Counted from the stretch's first letter, positions 39,141 through 49,238 are shown. The stretch is 61,544 nucleotides of DNA from Thermoleophilia bacterium (GCA_014874265.1 JACWAM010000069.1:1-61544), one strand, 5' to 3'. The notes: generated by a model not told the origin, from the letters alone. Numbers and translations: made by a program.

Positions 39141-40247
39141 TCAATCCTGAAACTCATACTGGTAGTAAGCGGCGCAGGTCCCCTCTGAGGAGACCATGCA
39201 CGGACCCACCGGGTGATCGGGGGTGCACGTGCGGGCGAAGCGGCGGCAATCGGGCGGGATTTTCTGACCGGTGAGGATCGCCCCGCAGATGCATCCGGCC
39301 GGCTCGCGCGAGTAGGACGCATCGACTGCAAAGACCCTGGCGGCGTCATGAGCGGCAAACTCTTCGCGAATCGTCAGTCCGCTTGCCGGAATCGTGCCGA
39401 GGCCGCGCCAGCCGGCGTCACAGGGGGCAAATACGGAATTCATCATCTCAAGCGCTGCGGGGTTGCCGCCGGGTCTGACGCCGCGGGCGTACTCAACCTC
39501 GACCCGGCAATCTCCGCTGTCCAGCTGGTCAAGGATCATGTTAAGGGATTGCAAAATATCAACCGTCTCGAATCCGGAAATGACACAGGGGATTCCCCGC
39601 TCCGCCAGCGGCCGGTATGGATCGGCTCCAATAATGGCCGAGACATGACCGGGGCAGAGAAAGGCGTCAACGGCCAGCCCGGGCATGCGGCAGAGGGCGG
39701 AGAGCGCCGGCGGCACCAGCTTGTGGGCGCTGTAAACAAAAAAATTGCTGGCGCCAGACTGCCTGGCCGCGGCGATCGCCGCGGCCACCGTCGGCGCCGT
39801 GGTTTCGAAGCCGACGCCGAAAAAAATCACCTTGCAGTCAGGGTTCTCCCTGGCCAGGCGGAGGGCGTCCAGCGTCGAGTAAACGATCTCGACCCGCGCC
39901 CCCCGGGCGCGGGCTCCTCCGAGGCCCATTCGCGTGCCCGGCACCTTGAGCATGTCGCCAAAACTGGCGGCGATGACGCCGGGCAGCAAAGACATCTCAA
40001 TAAAGCTGTCAATATCGTAATTGGAGGTGACGCAAACCGGGCAGCCCGGCCCTGAGATTAATCTGAGCCAGGCCGGCGACGCCTGCCTGATTCCGTGCCG
40101 GGAGATCGCCATCGTGTGCGTGCCGCAAACTTCCATGATCCGTACCGGCCTTTCCGGCCGGCGGTGAAGACGATCAAGCAGTCTTCCGGCGGGGCCCGAG
40201 GCTCTGAATTCGTCCAGGTAGGATAAAACCGGAAGATTATTCATCAT
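39141..40247 (-). CDS. hypD: Hydrogenase maturation protein HypD
   Basis: MEVCGTHT, GPGCPVCV, GFETT, GPCMVSSEGTC. Confidence 0.96.
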   Translation of the reverse strand: MMNNLPVLSYLDEFRASGPAGRLLDRLHRRPERPVRIMEVCGTHTMAISRHGIRQASPAWLRLISGPGCPVCVTSNYDIDSFIEMSLLPGVIAASFGDMLKVPGTRMGLGGARARGARVEIVYSTLDALRLARENPDCKVIFFGVGFETTAPTVAAAIAAARQSGASNFFVYSAHKLVPPALSALCRMPGLAVDAFLCPGHVSAIIGADPYRPLAERGIPCVISGFETVDILQSLNMILDQLDSGDCRVEVEYARGVRPGGNPAALEMMNSVFAPCDAGWRGLGTIPASGLTIREEFAAHDAARVFAVDASYSREPAGCICGAILTGQKIPPDCRRFARTCTPDHPVGPCMVSSEGTCAAYYQYEFQD

Positions 40248-40533
40248 CAGCCGCCGGCGTTTCCTTGAGACCCAAATCGCCATCTTCAGGGCCGGGTCCG
40301 GAGAGCCCGGGCCGGCCGCCTGGCGGCGCCAACTCCTCAAATAGCAGGAGCGTTTCCAGTGCTTCTTTTTTGTCAATCATACTGATGGCAAATCCGGCGT
40401 GAAGCAGCACATAGTCACCGGTCACCGCTTCCGGCAGAAGGACAATCGAGGCCTGTTTGCGCAAGCCTCCGATCTCAACGATCGCCTGCTGGCCGTCGGT
40501 TTCAATTATTTTAGCGGGAACAGCCAGGCACAT
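40237..40533 (-). CDS. hypC: Hydrogenase chaperone HypC
   Basis: MCLAVP start with GGAGGA SD; GDYVLLHAGFAI. Confidence 0.95.
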   Translation of the reverse strand: MCLAVPAKIIETDGQQAIVEIGGLRKQASIVLLPEAVTGDYVLLHAGFAISMIDKKEALETLLLFEELAPPGGRPGLSGPGPEDGDLGLKETPAADDE

Positions 40534-40534
40534 C

Positions 40535-43090
40535 TTAAAATCCTCCATCAGGTCCCGGGGATGATAAGGTCTTTTGTAAATCTTCCTGAGAGCCGGCCGC
40601 ATCAATATTTCCCGTTTTTTGATTTGATTTCAGATTCAGGGCCAGCGCCGCCTGGCCAAACGAAAGGCCGCCGTCACCCGCGGGAAGCTGCCGCTGGCAA
40701 AGCGGTTTCAGTCCTTGCTCTGTCAAGCCCCGGTCCACGAGCGCCAGCAGCAGGCGGTTCTGCCAGACGCCGCCGCTGAAGGCCACCATTCCTGAGCCGC
40801 AAAACTCCGCGGCGTCCAGGCAGGTGGCCACAATCGCCGCCGCCAGGCCCAAATGAAACCGGAGCGCCACGACTCCGGCGGTGACGCCCGCGGCAATATC
40901 ATCAATCATCGCCGCTACCGCCGGCGCCGGATTAACCTGCCAGGGCATGATATCTTTCTGTAGCAGAAACTGGTAACCGCCGGCCGCATGAGCGCCGGAT
41001 TCAAGCTCCTTCCTGGCCACTGTTTCCAGCTCCATCGGAGCCTGTGCCTCATACGTAACGGTTGATCGCAGTAATGCAATCGCCGCCACCGCGTCAAACA
41101 GGCGGCCGCAGCTGGAAGTTGGGTAGCAGTTTAACCCTGTTTCCATCTGTTTGATGATCAGCTCTTCATTGATGCGGGAGACGCCGAGGCGCCGGGCAAT
41201 AAAATCAGTCCATGCGGGAGCAAAAGTCCGGGTGAGAGCCAGCGCCGTGCGCCACGGACCGCGGACGCATGCGTCTCCCCCCGGCAGTGGAAAGTAAGTC
41301 AGGTGGGCGGTCCGTTTAAAACCGTCGCTGAGGGTCCCCGTAAAAAATTCGCCTCCCCAGACGGCGCCGTCGTCGCCCAGGCCGGTGCCGTCCAGGGCAA
41401 CCCCGACGGCCGGCCCAGAAACTCCGTGCTCCGCCAGGCAGGAAGCGATGTGGGCGCGGTGGTGCTGTACGGTCAGGACAGTCTTGCCGGATTCGAGGCT
41501 GCGCTCGCGCGCGTAAGCCGTGGAAACGTAGCCGGGATGGCGGTCGCAGATAAATCTTTCGGCCCGGGTGCGGAAAAGAGTCTCGTAAAGTTCCGCCGTC
41601 CGCTGATAATGGACCGCCGTCGCCAGGTTTTCCAGGTTGCCGATATGTTGTGACACAAACGCGTCTTCGCCTCTGGTCAGGCAGAAGGAGCTCTTCAGGT
41701 CTCCGCCGGCCGCCAGCAGCGGTTCTGGGCGCCGGGGCCGGGCGGGGCCCGGCGCGTGCGGCAACGCCGGCTGCTCCGGGCGCGGCGAGAAAGGTGTCCT
41801 CGCGGCAGGCGGAGACAGCCTGATCGGCAGCGGGGCGTATCCCCGGGCCCGTCTGATCATCATTGGCAGATCCCGGTCGTCAAGCGCCACGACGCTGTCG
41901 TCATATGTTGATAATATACCACGGTTGTGAAGAAGAAACAGATCGGCGACGCCGGCCAGCCGCGCGAGCGCCGCTTCATTGCTGCCACAAATCGGCTCCC
42001 CGGTTACATTGCCGCTCGTCATTACGAGAGGCGCTCTAATCTCAGCCATAAGCAGAAAATGAAGCGGCGTATACGGAAGCATCACGCCCAGTCGGTCAAG
42101 GCCGGGTGTGACTTCCCCGGCGACGCTGCCGCCGTCGCGGTCAAGCAGCACGATCGGCCGCTCGGGGGAAGTAAGCAACCACTTTGCCGCCGGGGATATC
42201 CTGCAGGTCAAAGCCGCTTCCGCCAGGGAGGGCATCATCATCGCAAAAGGCTTGTCTGGCCGGTGCTTTCGCTTCCGGAGCAATTGCACCGCCGGTGCGC
42301 TCTCAGCCAGGCAGGCCAGCTGAAAGCCGCCGAGGCTTTTAAGGGCGACAATTTTGCCTGCCGCCAGCGCCGCCGCCGCTTCGCGCACGGGATCGGCGGC
42401 TGCCAGCGGTGAGCCGTCAGGGCCGGTGAGCCACAGGGAAGGCCCGCAGTCAGGGCAGGCATTCGGCTCCGCATGAAAGCGCCTGTTGGCCGGATCGTCA
42501 TATTCATCGCGGCAGGCGGGACACATCTCAAATTTATTCATGGACGTCAAGTTACGGTCGTAGGGCAGGCCGGCGATAATGGTGAATCTGGGACCGCAAT
42601 TCGTGCAATTGATAAAAGGGTAGCGGTAACGGCGATCGCCGGCGTCGAATAATTCCGCCTGACAGTCACCACAGGTACAGCTGTCGGCGCCTACCAATCC
42701 CTCCGGACCGCCGGCGCCATCCGAGGCGGTGATCTGGAAATCATCGTAACCGGCCGCTTCCGCGGTGACGACTTTAATGGCAGTAATTACGGCCCGGGGC
42801 GGCGGTGATTTTTGCAGGGCCCGGATGAAGGAATCAATCCCGGCACCCGGGCCTTCAACATTAATCCTGACGCCGGCGGCGGAGTTGAGCACGCGGCCGG
42901 AAAGGCCCCGGGATACCGCCTCCCGGAAAACAAAGGGCCGGAAACCGACTCCCTGAACAACACCCACAAGCTCGATATCAACTCGCGAGACCCCGGTTCC
43001 CTTTACCGGCGCAGTCATCAATTCAGGGCCGGCGCCCGAAATTTGCCGTTTTTTCAATCGATGCTCGCCGCTGTCCGCCGTTGCTGTCAT
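40535..43090 (-). CDS. hypF: Carbamoyltransferase HypF
   Basis: GVVQGVGFRPF, zinc fingers (CTNCGPR, CPAC, CPDCGP), QHHRAH, LDGTGLG, GDGGLSFGQ. Confidence 0.97.
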   Translation of the reverse strand: MTATADSGEHRLKKRQISGAGPELMTAPVKGTGVSRVDIELVGVVQGVGFRPFVFREAVSRGLSGRVLNSAAGVRINVEGPGAGIDSFIRALQKSPPPRAVITAIKVVTAEAAGYDDFQITASDGAGGPEGLVGADSCTCGDCQAELFDAGDRRYRYPFINCTNCGPRFTIIAGLPYDRNLTSMNKFEMCPACRDEYDDPANRRFHAEPNACPDCGPSLWLTGPDGSPLAAADPVREAAAALAAGKIVALKSLGGFQLACLAESAPAVQLLRKRKHRPDKPFAMMMPSLAEAALTCRISPAAKWLLTSPERPIVLLDRDGGSVAGEVTPGLDRLGVMLPYTPLHFLLMAEIRAPLVMTSGNVTGEPICGSNEAALARLAGVADLFLLHNRGILSTYDDSVVALDDRDLPMMIRRARGYAPLPIRLSPPAARTPFSPRPEQPALPHAPGPARPRRPEPLLAAGGDLKSSFCLTRGEDAFVSQHIGNLENLATAVHYQRTAELYETLFRTRAERFICDRHPGYVSTAYARERSLESGKTVLTVQHHRAHIASCLAEHGVSGPAVGVALDGTGLGDDGAVWGGEFFTGTLSDGFKRTAHLTYFPLPGGDACVRGPWRTALALTRTFAPAWTDFIARRLGVSRINEELIIKQMETGLNCYPTSSCGRLFDAVAAIALLRSTVTYEAQAPMELETVARKELESGAHAAGGYQFLLQKDIMPWQVNPAPAVAAMIDDIAAGVTAGVVALRFHLGLAAAIVATCLDAAEFCGSGMVAFSGGVWQNRLLLALVDRGLTEQGLKPLCQRQLPAGDGGLSFGQAALALNLKSNQKTGNIDAAGSQEDLQKTLSSPGPDGGF

Positions 43091-43110
43091 TTCCTGGAAC
43101 CGTCAGCCCG

Positions 43111-43779
43111 TCAGTCGGCTGCTGGGGCGGCCCGGTTGGCGGCAGTGGCTCCGGTCAGCCACTCACCCCATCTGGCTACTCCGCTATCTTCCTTACAGGA
43201 AAGCTCAAGGATGGGAGCGGCCGGGTTGAGCGTTGTGACTACCTGCCGGAACCGCGGCAGGTCAAAATCGCAGTAGGGAAGCAAATCAATCTTATTCAAA
43301 AGGACCAGGTCCACCTGCCTGAACATGAGCGGATATTTATGCGGCTTGTCGTCGCCTTCGGCAATGCTGGCGATCATCACCCTGGCCGTCTCTCCCAGGT
43401 CAAATTCAGCGGGACAGACCAGGTTGCCGACGTTTTCAATCACGATCAGGTCCAGGAGGTCGAGATCAAGGTAGTTCAGGGCGGAGGTGATCATCAATGC
43501 CGTTAAATGGCAGGAGCCGCCGGTATTGATCTGGAGCGCCGTGACACCCATCGCTTCGATGATCAGGGAATCGACCTCGGAAGCGATGTCGCCTTCGATC
43601 ACCGCCATTTTCAGCTCCGGCGCCCGCTCGATGGCCTTGATGATGGCGCTGGTCTTGCCGGCGCCGGGGGATGCCATCAGGTTGACCATAAAGACGCCAT
43701 GGCGCCGCAGCCGCTCCCGGTTTTTACCGGCAGCGGAGGCGTTGCTGGCCAGTATATTTTTATTGACCTCAATTCGCAT
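43111..43779 (-). CDS. hypB: Nickel-insertion GTPase HypB (short form; alternative start 43866)
   Basis: SPGAGKTS, NTGGSCHL, ENVGNLVCPA, EGDDKPHKYP, NKID. Confidence 0.95.
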   Translation of the reverse strand: MRIEVNKNILASNASAAGKNRERLRRHGVFMVNLMASPGAGKTSAIIKAIERAPELKMAVIEGDIASEVDSLIIEAMGVTALQINTGGSCHLTALMITSALNYLDLDLLDLIVIENVGNLVCPAEFDLGETARVMIASIAEGDDKPHKYPLMFRQVDLVLLNKIDLLPYCDFDLPRFRQVVTTLNPAAPILELSCKEDSGVARWGEWLTGATAANRAAPAAD

Positions 43780-43931
43780 GCTTTCCGACTGCCTTCCGGT
43801 CCCGCCACGGCGATATCTGTTCAAATCCCGCGCAGACCTGTTTAAATCGGTAAATCGATGGCTCATGAATCGCCGGACTGGTTTTTGACAAAAGCTGCAA
43901 AACGCGCACGTGAAACTTTATCCGGCGTTTT

Positions 43932-44273
43932 TTAATCCACCTCAATGCTTTCAACAAACATTTCCTGTCCCTGCTTGATATCAAACATCGGTGAGCCGCA
44001 GTCGGGGCAGGCATAAAAGGCGTGACGCGGCTCGAACCGGCTGCCGCATTCCAGACAGACCGCCTTTGCCGGCAGATTGATAAAATTGAGCAGCGCGCCT
44101 TCGGCGACCGTACCCCGGGAAAGCTCGCCAAAATAAAACTCAATCGATTGCCCGGAAAAAGTTGATAGTTCTCCCAGGATGATGTTGATTGACCCGACGC
44201 GGGCGGCTCCCGCTCTGGTGGCCTCGTCCTGAACGATCGCGATGATATTCTCGGTGACGGAGTACTCGTGCAT
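43932..44273 (-). CDS. hypA: Nickel metallochaperone HypA
   Basis: MHE start, CLEC and CPDC zinc sites. Confidence 0.96.
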   Translation of the reverse strand: MHEYSVTENIIAIVQDEATRAGAARVGSINIILGELSTFSGQSIEFYFGELSRGTVAEGALLNFINLPAKAVCLECGSRFEPRHAFYACPDCGSPMFDIKQGQEMFVESIEVD

Positions 44274-44281
44274 GGACGGAT

Positions 44282-44827
44282 TTACCGGACGGCAAGACTC
44301 AGCCGGCGCTCGGGGGTTAGGCCTGCGTCAATTATCAAATCAATAGTAATATTGCATACACGTGTCAAACACAAACGCACTTTTTTTGACATTGCTTCAT
44401 CTTGCGGGTCATCTTTGCCTGGCTGGACGCCGATGATCGTCACCGGCGGGCGGGTGCCCCGGCGCCTGGCAGTTTTCAGCGCGTCCATGAGCGCATCATC
44501 ATGCAGGATGATGCTGCTCTTGGACAAGGTGTCTATTTCATCGGCGTTAAACATGAAGATGCTTCCCGGTTTTGAGCCGGACTGAACCGCGGCAATGACA
44601 ACGGCCTGATCCGCCGCCCCCAGCAGCGCGAGCAATGACAAACCGGCGCCGGCTGTGTCGACCACAGAGACGCCGGGGGGAAAGATGTACTCTTCGTTAA
44701 GCTTCTTGACCGCCTGTACGCACAAGCCGGCGCCGCCGGCGCCCAGGACCAAGAATCTTTCCACCGTCCGGTCCCCGTCTCTGCCCCAAAAACCTGGCTC
44801 ATCAAAAGGATCGTGGAAGATCATCAT
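44282..44827 (-). CDS. Degenerate hydrogenase maturation protease-like protein
   Basis: HupD/HyaD-like layout (VLG.., VVD, GSKPGSIF, LHD, IIGVQP), but the GNxxxxD[DE]G segment is deleted and vDA is AA. Confidence 0.7.
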   Translation of the reverse strand: MMIFHDPFDEPGFWGRDGDRTVERFLVLGAGGAGLCVQAVKKLNEEYIFPPGVSVVDTAGAGLSLLALLGAADQAVVIAAVQSGSKPGSIFMFNADEIDTLSKSSIILHDDALMDALKTARRRGTRPPVTIIGVQPGKDDPQDEAMSKKVRLCLTRVCNITIDLIIDAGLTPERRLSLAVR

Positions 44828-44867
44828 GTCTTGCCCCCTTTGCTTTATTTGAAGGTGATGCGGCCGG

Positions 44868-45401
44868 TCATCCGCTACGCCTCCTTTGTTTGTGCCAGCA
44901 TCTGATTTCTTCGAGAACCAGCGCCTGAACCCTCCCGGCGGCAGCGGCCACCGCCGGCGTCAGCTGCCTGTCGTTCGGCCGGACGTCGCCGACCTGGATC
45001 CCGAAGATAATTACCTCCGGGCAGGCCCCCCGCAGCCGGGCGGTTGTCAGCAGGTAACCGACGCCCATGCCATGGATGTTGTTTGAGCGAAGGCCGGTAA
45101 CCCCCGCCTCATCCGGATGAAACCGGAAGATGTCTCCCGGCTGGGCGCCGGCGGCGATGGCGTCGACGACTATGACCAGCCTTGACTTGAGGAAGTAACG
45201 AACGTTGGCCATGCTGGCGGCGCCGCCAATAATAAATTCTACATCTCTGTTAATATCGCCGGCCTTGAGGTTCTCGACCACTTCAACGCCAACGCCGTCA
45301 TCTCCCATAAAGATGTTGCCGAAGCCGATAACGGCCACCAGGGACGACGTTTCTTGCGGTGCCCGCCGGACGCAGCTCCGGTCTGGGGCGGCGCCGGTCA
45401 C
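44868..45401 (-). CDS. Hydrogenase maturation protease (HyaD/HupD family)
   Basis: GFGNIFMGDDGVG, VVDAI, NIHG, FGIQV; GTGA overlap with the cytochrome b stop. Confidence 0.92.
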   Translation of the reverse strand: MTGAAPDRSCVRRAPQETSSLVAVIGFGNIFMGDDGVGVEVVENLKAGDINRDVEFIIGGAASMANVRYFLKSRLVIVVDAIAAGAQPGDIFRFHPDEAGVTGLRSNNIHGMGVGYLLTTARLRGACPEVIIFGIQVGDVRPNDRQLTPAVAAAAGRVQALVLEEIRCWHKQRRRSG

Positions 45402-46048
45402 GCCCGGCTGTCTTTCTCCGGTTTTTCGCGGCCGACTTCTTTCCAGAGGAACATCAGGGGAACCTCCCAGATGACTTCCGCAAATACCAGATAGACATGC
45501 ACGGCGACCGAAATGATGAAGATCCACATGATCCAGTAATGGATCGTGGTCATGGCGGCGAGGCCGCCGAAGAAATAAGTGACGGGCTGGAAAAACGATT
45601 TCGTCGGCTCCCAGATGGCGGCGCCGGAAATCCCAGCCAGAATGCCCAGCAGGATCCAGAACAGGTAGGTTGCCTTCTGCAGCGGATTGAATTTCATCTG
45701 CTGCGGATAGTCCTTGCGGAGGAAGAGGTAATACTGGATTGTCCTGAGTGCCTGATGGCCCGATCCCCTATGAAACCAGAACCAGTGGAAGTCAGGATAG
45801 CGGCGGCGTTTTCCAACCGCCGCGGAGCCGCCGCCGGCAAAGGCCCAGTAAATTCTGACTACTCCATTGAGGAGAAACACCCACATAAAGATGAAGTGCA
45901 GGTTTCGATTGATATTCATGGCGCCGCCGTAATAAGGCCGCCAGATGTAAAATCCGGTGGCGATCAGCACGAACAGGGACACCAGGTGGACACCGTGCAT
46001 GATCACCGCCGGCAGCGGATGCTCCTGTCTTGTCGGTGGAACCTTCAT
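45398..46048 (-). CDS. Ni/Fe-hydrogenase b-type cytochrome subunit
   Basis: Heme-ligand His in MHGVHL, LHF, IHY, VHVY; FNPLQK motif; 4 TMs. Confidence 0.92.
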   Translation of the reverse strand: MKVPPTRQEHPLPAVIMHGVHLVSLFVLIATGFYIWRPYYGGAMNINRNLHFIFMWVFLLNGVVRIYWAFAGGGSAAVGKRRRYPDFHWFWFHRGSGHQALRTIQYYLFLRKDYPQQMKFNPLQKATYLFWILLGILAGISGAAIWEPTKSFFQPVTYFFGGLAAMTTIHYWIMWIFIISVAVHVYLVFAEVIWEVPLMFLWKEVGREKPEKDSRA

Positions 46049-46051
46049 CGC

Positions 46052-47680
46052 TTACCTGACCTTGAATTTTAGGACCCTGTTTGATTCCGGTTCAATCACG
46101 TGAACCGCGCACGCCATTCATGGGTCGAAAGTGTGGACTACTCTCAGGATCTCCAGCGGTTTTGCGGGATCCGCCACCGGCGTACCTACCAGGGTTTCCT
46201 CAACGGGACCGCGGACTCCCTTGTCGTCACGCGGCGACAGATTCCAGTTGGATGGCGGCACCGCGGCGTAAGCGTCCGTCTTGCCGTCTTTTATTCGGAC
46301 GTAATGGCACAGAGCGCCCCGGGGAGCATCCCAGCCGCCGACACCGGTGCCGCTGCCGTTCAGATCGATTTCCCGAAATACCTGGTTGTTTCCCTTGCCG
46401 ATATTTGTCAGAAGCTCATCGGCCCAGCCAACCGCATTGTCCGCGTTTATTTTTGCTTTCAGCACCCGGGCGGCGATCCGGCCCAGATTTGACATCAGGA
46501 TCTCAGGCTTGCCGGCGGCGCCGATCTGCGCCAGCGTGCTGTCAACCAGCGATTTGACGTCGGCGCTTCCGGACGCATACGCAACCAGCATCTCTGCCAG
46601 CGGTCCCACTTCCATCGGTCGGTCCTGGTCCGTGAGCCGGACGGCCTGGGTCCAGTCGTACTTTCCATCGGGAAGCTGATCGCCCTCCAGCGGCGGCAAG
46701 GCGGTGAAATCAATCGGTTCCTGGCCGGAGTCGAGCGGATGCTTGCCGGCGCCGACCGAGTCATCAAACCACGAATGTTTGGTATACCGCCGGGTCATGC
46801 CGGGATCGACCTTCTGCACCGCGAGCTTGCTGTCAAACAGAGCCCCCCGGGGGAATAGCCGGTCGTAAGGATCCTGGCTCGGCGCGTCAAGTACGCCCCA
46901 GGTCAGGTAATTGCCCACGCCCTTGCCCGTCTGCGCCAGGTCAATATAGTAGGGCGCAAGCGCCAGCAGGTCGGGGACCATCACCGTGTTGACAAAATCC
47001 TGCACCTCTTGCATTCGCGCCTTGTAGAACATGATCTCGTCGTAGGCGGGCAGCTGCGTGACGCCGCCGGGGATCATATGATGGATCATCGGGTAGCGGC
47101 CGCCCAGGATGCTGTTGGCCTCATTGGCTTTGGCCTGGGCGTCGATTGCCTGCAGGTAATGCGCCGTCAGCTCCAGGTTGAGGTCGGGCGGCAGCTTGTA
47201 TCCGGGGTGGTCCCAGTACATGTTGGCAAAAGGCCCGAGCTGTCCGGACTGGATGACCGCCTTTACCCGGTCCTGCACCGCCATCAGCGACGGCGTCGTC
47301 GGCTTGGCGTTGAGGGCGTCGGTGACGTTGACATAATCGAAGGCATTCAGTATATAAAACCAGAGGATGTGGTCGTAGCCGATCTGGGCTGCTTCGGTCA
47401 TGTTGCGGATCAGCCTGGCGTTATCATCCACCTTCTCGACACCCAGCGCCCGCTCCACCGCCTGCACCGAATTAATCGCGTGCGGATTCGGACAGACACC
47501 GCAGATGCGCTGGGCAAACTGCCAGACGCTGCGGGCGTCCCGGTTTTTCATGAAGATTTCAAAACCGCGAAAGAGAGTGGAGGTATTCCAGGCGTCCGTG
47601 ACCTTGCCGCCTTCCACCTGGCACGTGATGCGCAGGTGGCCTTCAATCCTGGTAATCGGGTCGATGACGACTTTGGTCAT
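46052..47680 (-). CDS. hysA: [NiFeSe]-hydrogenase large subunit (542 aa; UGA at 46120-46118 read as Sec521), group 1a-like
   Basis: DPITRIEGH; L1 QRICGVCP; reading through UGA gives FDP-U-MACAVH plus a 15-aa tail to TAA at 46054-46052; SECIS-like hairpin follows. Confidence 0.93.
46088..46107 (-). promoter_or_regulatory. Bacterial SECIS element
   Basis: CGGUUCA-CGUGAU-UGAACCG 7-bp stem; apical loop begins 18 nt after UGA with G at loop position 2. Confidence 0.8.
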
Positions 47681-48861
47681 TGGCTGCCTCCCTTGCTGGA
47701 TTTATCTGCTTTTTCCGTCTCAGCTAAACTTGGTTGGTCCACTGGTCCCTGTTCCTGGGAAAGCGGCCCTCCCTTTCCCATGCGACCCCTGGCGGTCTGG
47801 ACAATCGCATGGGCGGCGATGCCCACCGCCGTGGCGCCGCCGAGAACTTCGCCGATCGCCACCGGGGAGACGTCTCCCGGGATTCTGATCCCCGGCTCCT
47901 TGCTGTAAAACGGCGTTAGCTTGTCCCAGAAGCCAGGCTCGGAGCACCCGATGCACGGTCCCGCCTTGACCGGCCAGCTTGTATCCCCATTCCATCTGTT
48001 TACGGGGCAGGGCGCATAGGTTACCGGCCCCTTACATCCTACTTTATACAGACACCAGCGTTTGCGGGAACCTTCGTCGCCGAACTGCTCGACAAACTCA
48101 CCATTGTCAAAATGGCCGCGGCGTTCGCAATTGTCATGGATCGTCTGGCTGAACAGGAATGTGGGCCGGCCGATGCCGTCCAGTTCCGGCAGCTTTCCGT
48201 TGACAAGGATGTAGACCAGGATGGCAATCGTGTCTTCGGCTTGACCCGGGCAGCGCGGCGAATTGATGACCACTGCGTCCGGGATGCCGCCTTTGCCGCG
48301 AAGGTAGTCGCGAACGCCCTGGGCGCCGGTGGGATTTGGAGCCGCTGCCTGGATATTGCCGTAGCAGGCGCAGCTGCCAATGCAGATCGTGCCCTTGGCT
48401 TTCCTGTAGGTATCGCGGACAATATCCATCGACGTGCGCCCGTGGACGGTCATGGCGCCAGGGATTTTCACGGCGATGGCGCCTTCGATAATGTAATAAA
48501 AATCACCGGAGTTAACCGTGTCATCAAAGCTCTTTTCCGCCTGGTCGCCGGCGGGAGCCATGACTGCTTCGTGGTAGTTAAGAGAAATCTGCTGCAGGAT
48601 CAACTGGGCTGGATCGGGCTTGCGCGCTTGAAGCAGGTTGACAGAGCACCCGAGACATTCCTGAAACAGCGACCAGACCACTTGCGGCCGCCGCGCCAGC
48701 GTCTCCAGCGCATCGGCCACCTGCGGCACCCCCATCGGGCCGGAAAGGCCGATCACAGACGCAAGCAAGCCGCAGAATTTCAAAAAATCGCGGCGGGAAA
48801 GTCCGGGAAACAGGGGCGCCTCTTCATCGGGTGAGTGATTGTGATTATCAGCCAAGACCAT
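47677..48861 (-). CDS. Hydrogenase small subunit with Tat signal and C-terminal TM anchor
   Basis: GGGAGG SD before ATG 48861; SRRDFLK Tat motif; ECLGCS, GSCAC, PRCPG, HDNC, CLYKVGCKGP, CIGCSEP. Confidence 0.95.
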   Translation of the reverse strand: MVLADNHNHSPDEEAPLFPGLSRRDFLKFCGLLASVIGLSGPMGVPQVADALETLARRPQVVWSLFQECLGCSVNLLQARKPDPAQLILQQISLNYHEAVMAPAGDQAEKSFDDTVNSGDFYYIIEGAIAVKIPGAMTVHGRTSMDIVRDTYRKAKGTICIGSCACYGNIQAAAPNPTGAQGVRDYLRGKGGIPDAVVINSPRCPGQAEDTIAILVYILVNGKLPELDGIGRPTFLFSQTIHDNCERRGHFDNGEFVEQFGDEGSRKRWCLYKVGCKGPVTYAPCPVNRWNGDTSWPVKAGPCIGCSEPGFWDKLTPFYSKEPGIRIPGDVSPVAIGEVLGGATAVGIAAHAIVQTARGRMGKGGPLSQEQGPVDQPSLAETEKADKSSKGGSQ

Positions 48862-48996
48862 TCCGCTTGCCTCCCAGTTAATTGGCAAAAAATCTAACCG
48901 ATTCTTCCGGACCGGTCTGACGACCGCAACCGCAAAGCGTCTTGCCGAAAAGGACTGCCAGACCAAAAATACGGCGGCCTGAAGCAGAATTAGCTT

Positions 48997-49026
48997 ATAA
49001 TATAATCATTCGTCTAAATTTGTAAA
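48997..49026 (-). promoter_or_regulatory. Putative sigma70 promoter of the hydrogenase operon
   Basis: TTTACA (49026-49021) then TATATT (16-nt spacer) or TATTAT (18-nt spacer). Confidence 0.45.
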
Positions 49027-49208
49027 CTTCGCCGCTAATTTCAATCACTCAGGAATGCCCGCCATCCCTTTGTCTCGCTCCGGACGGCCCTGAGGCGAAT
49101 CGTTTCAACCGCTTGGCCAGCGGTAATGTTCGCAAGTTAGGTTCTTGCTGCCAAAGGGAAATCATTGCTTAAAGTCTTTTTGACAGAAAATGCCAAAAAG
49201 ATTTGCAT

Positions 49209-49238
49209 TTGACAAGATTGATTCGCAATTTCTATAGT
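49209..49238 (+). promoter_or_regulatory. sigma70 promoter of the rodZ-pgsA-cinA-thpR-recA cluster
   Basis: TTGACA, 18 nt, TATAGT. Confidence 0.6.
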
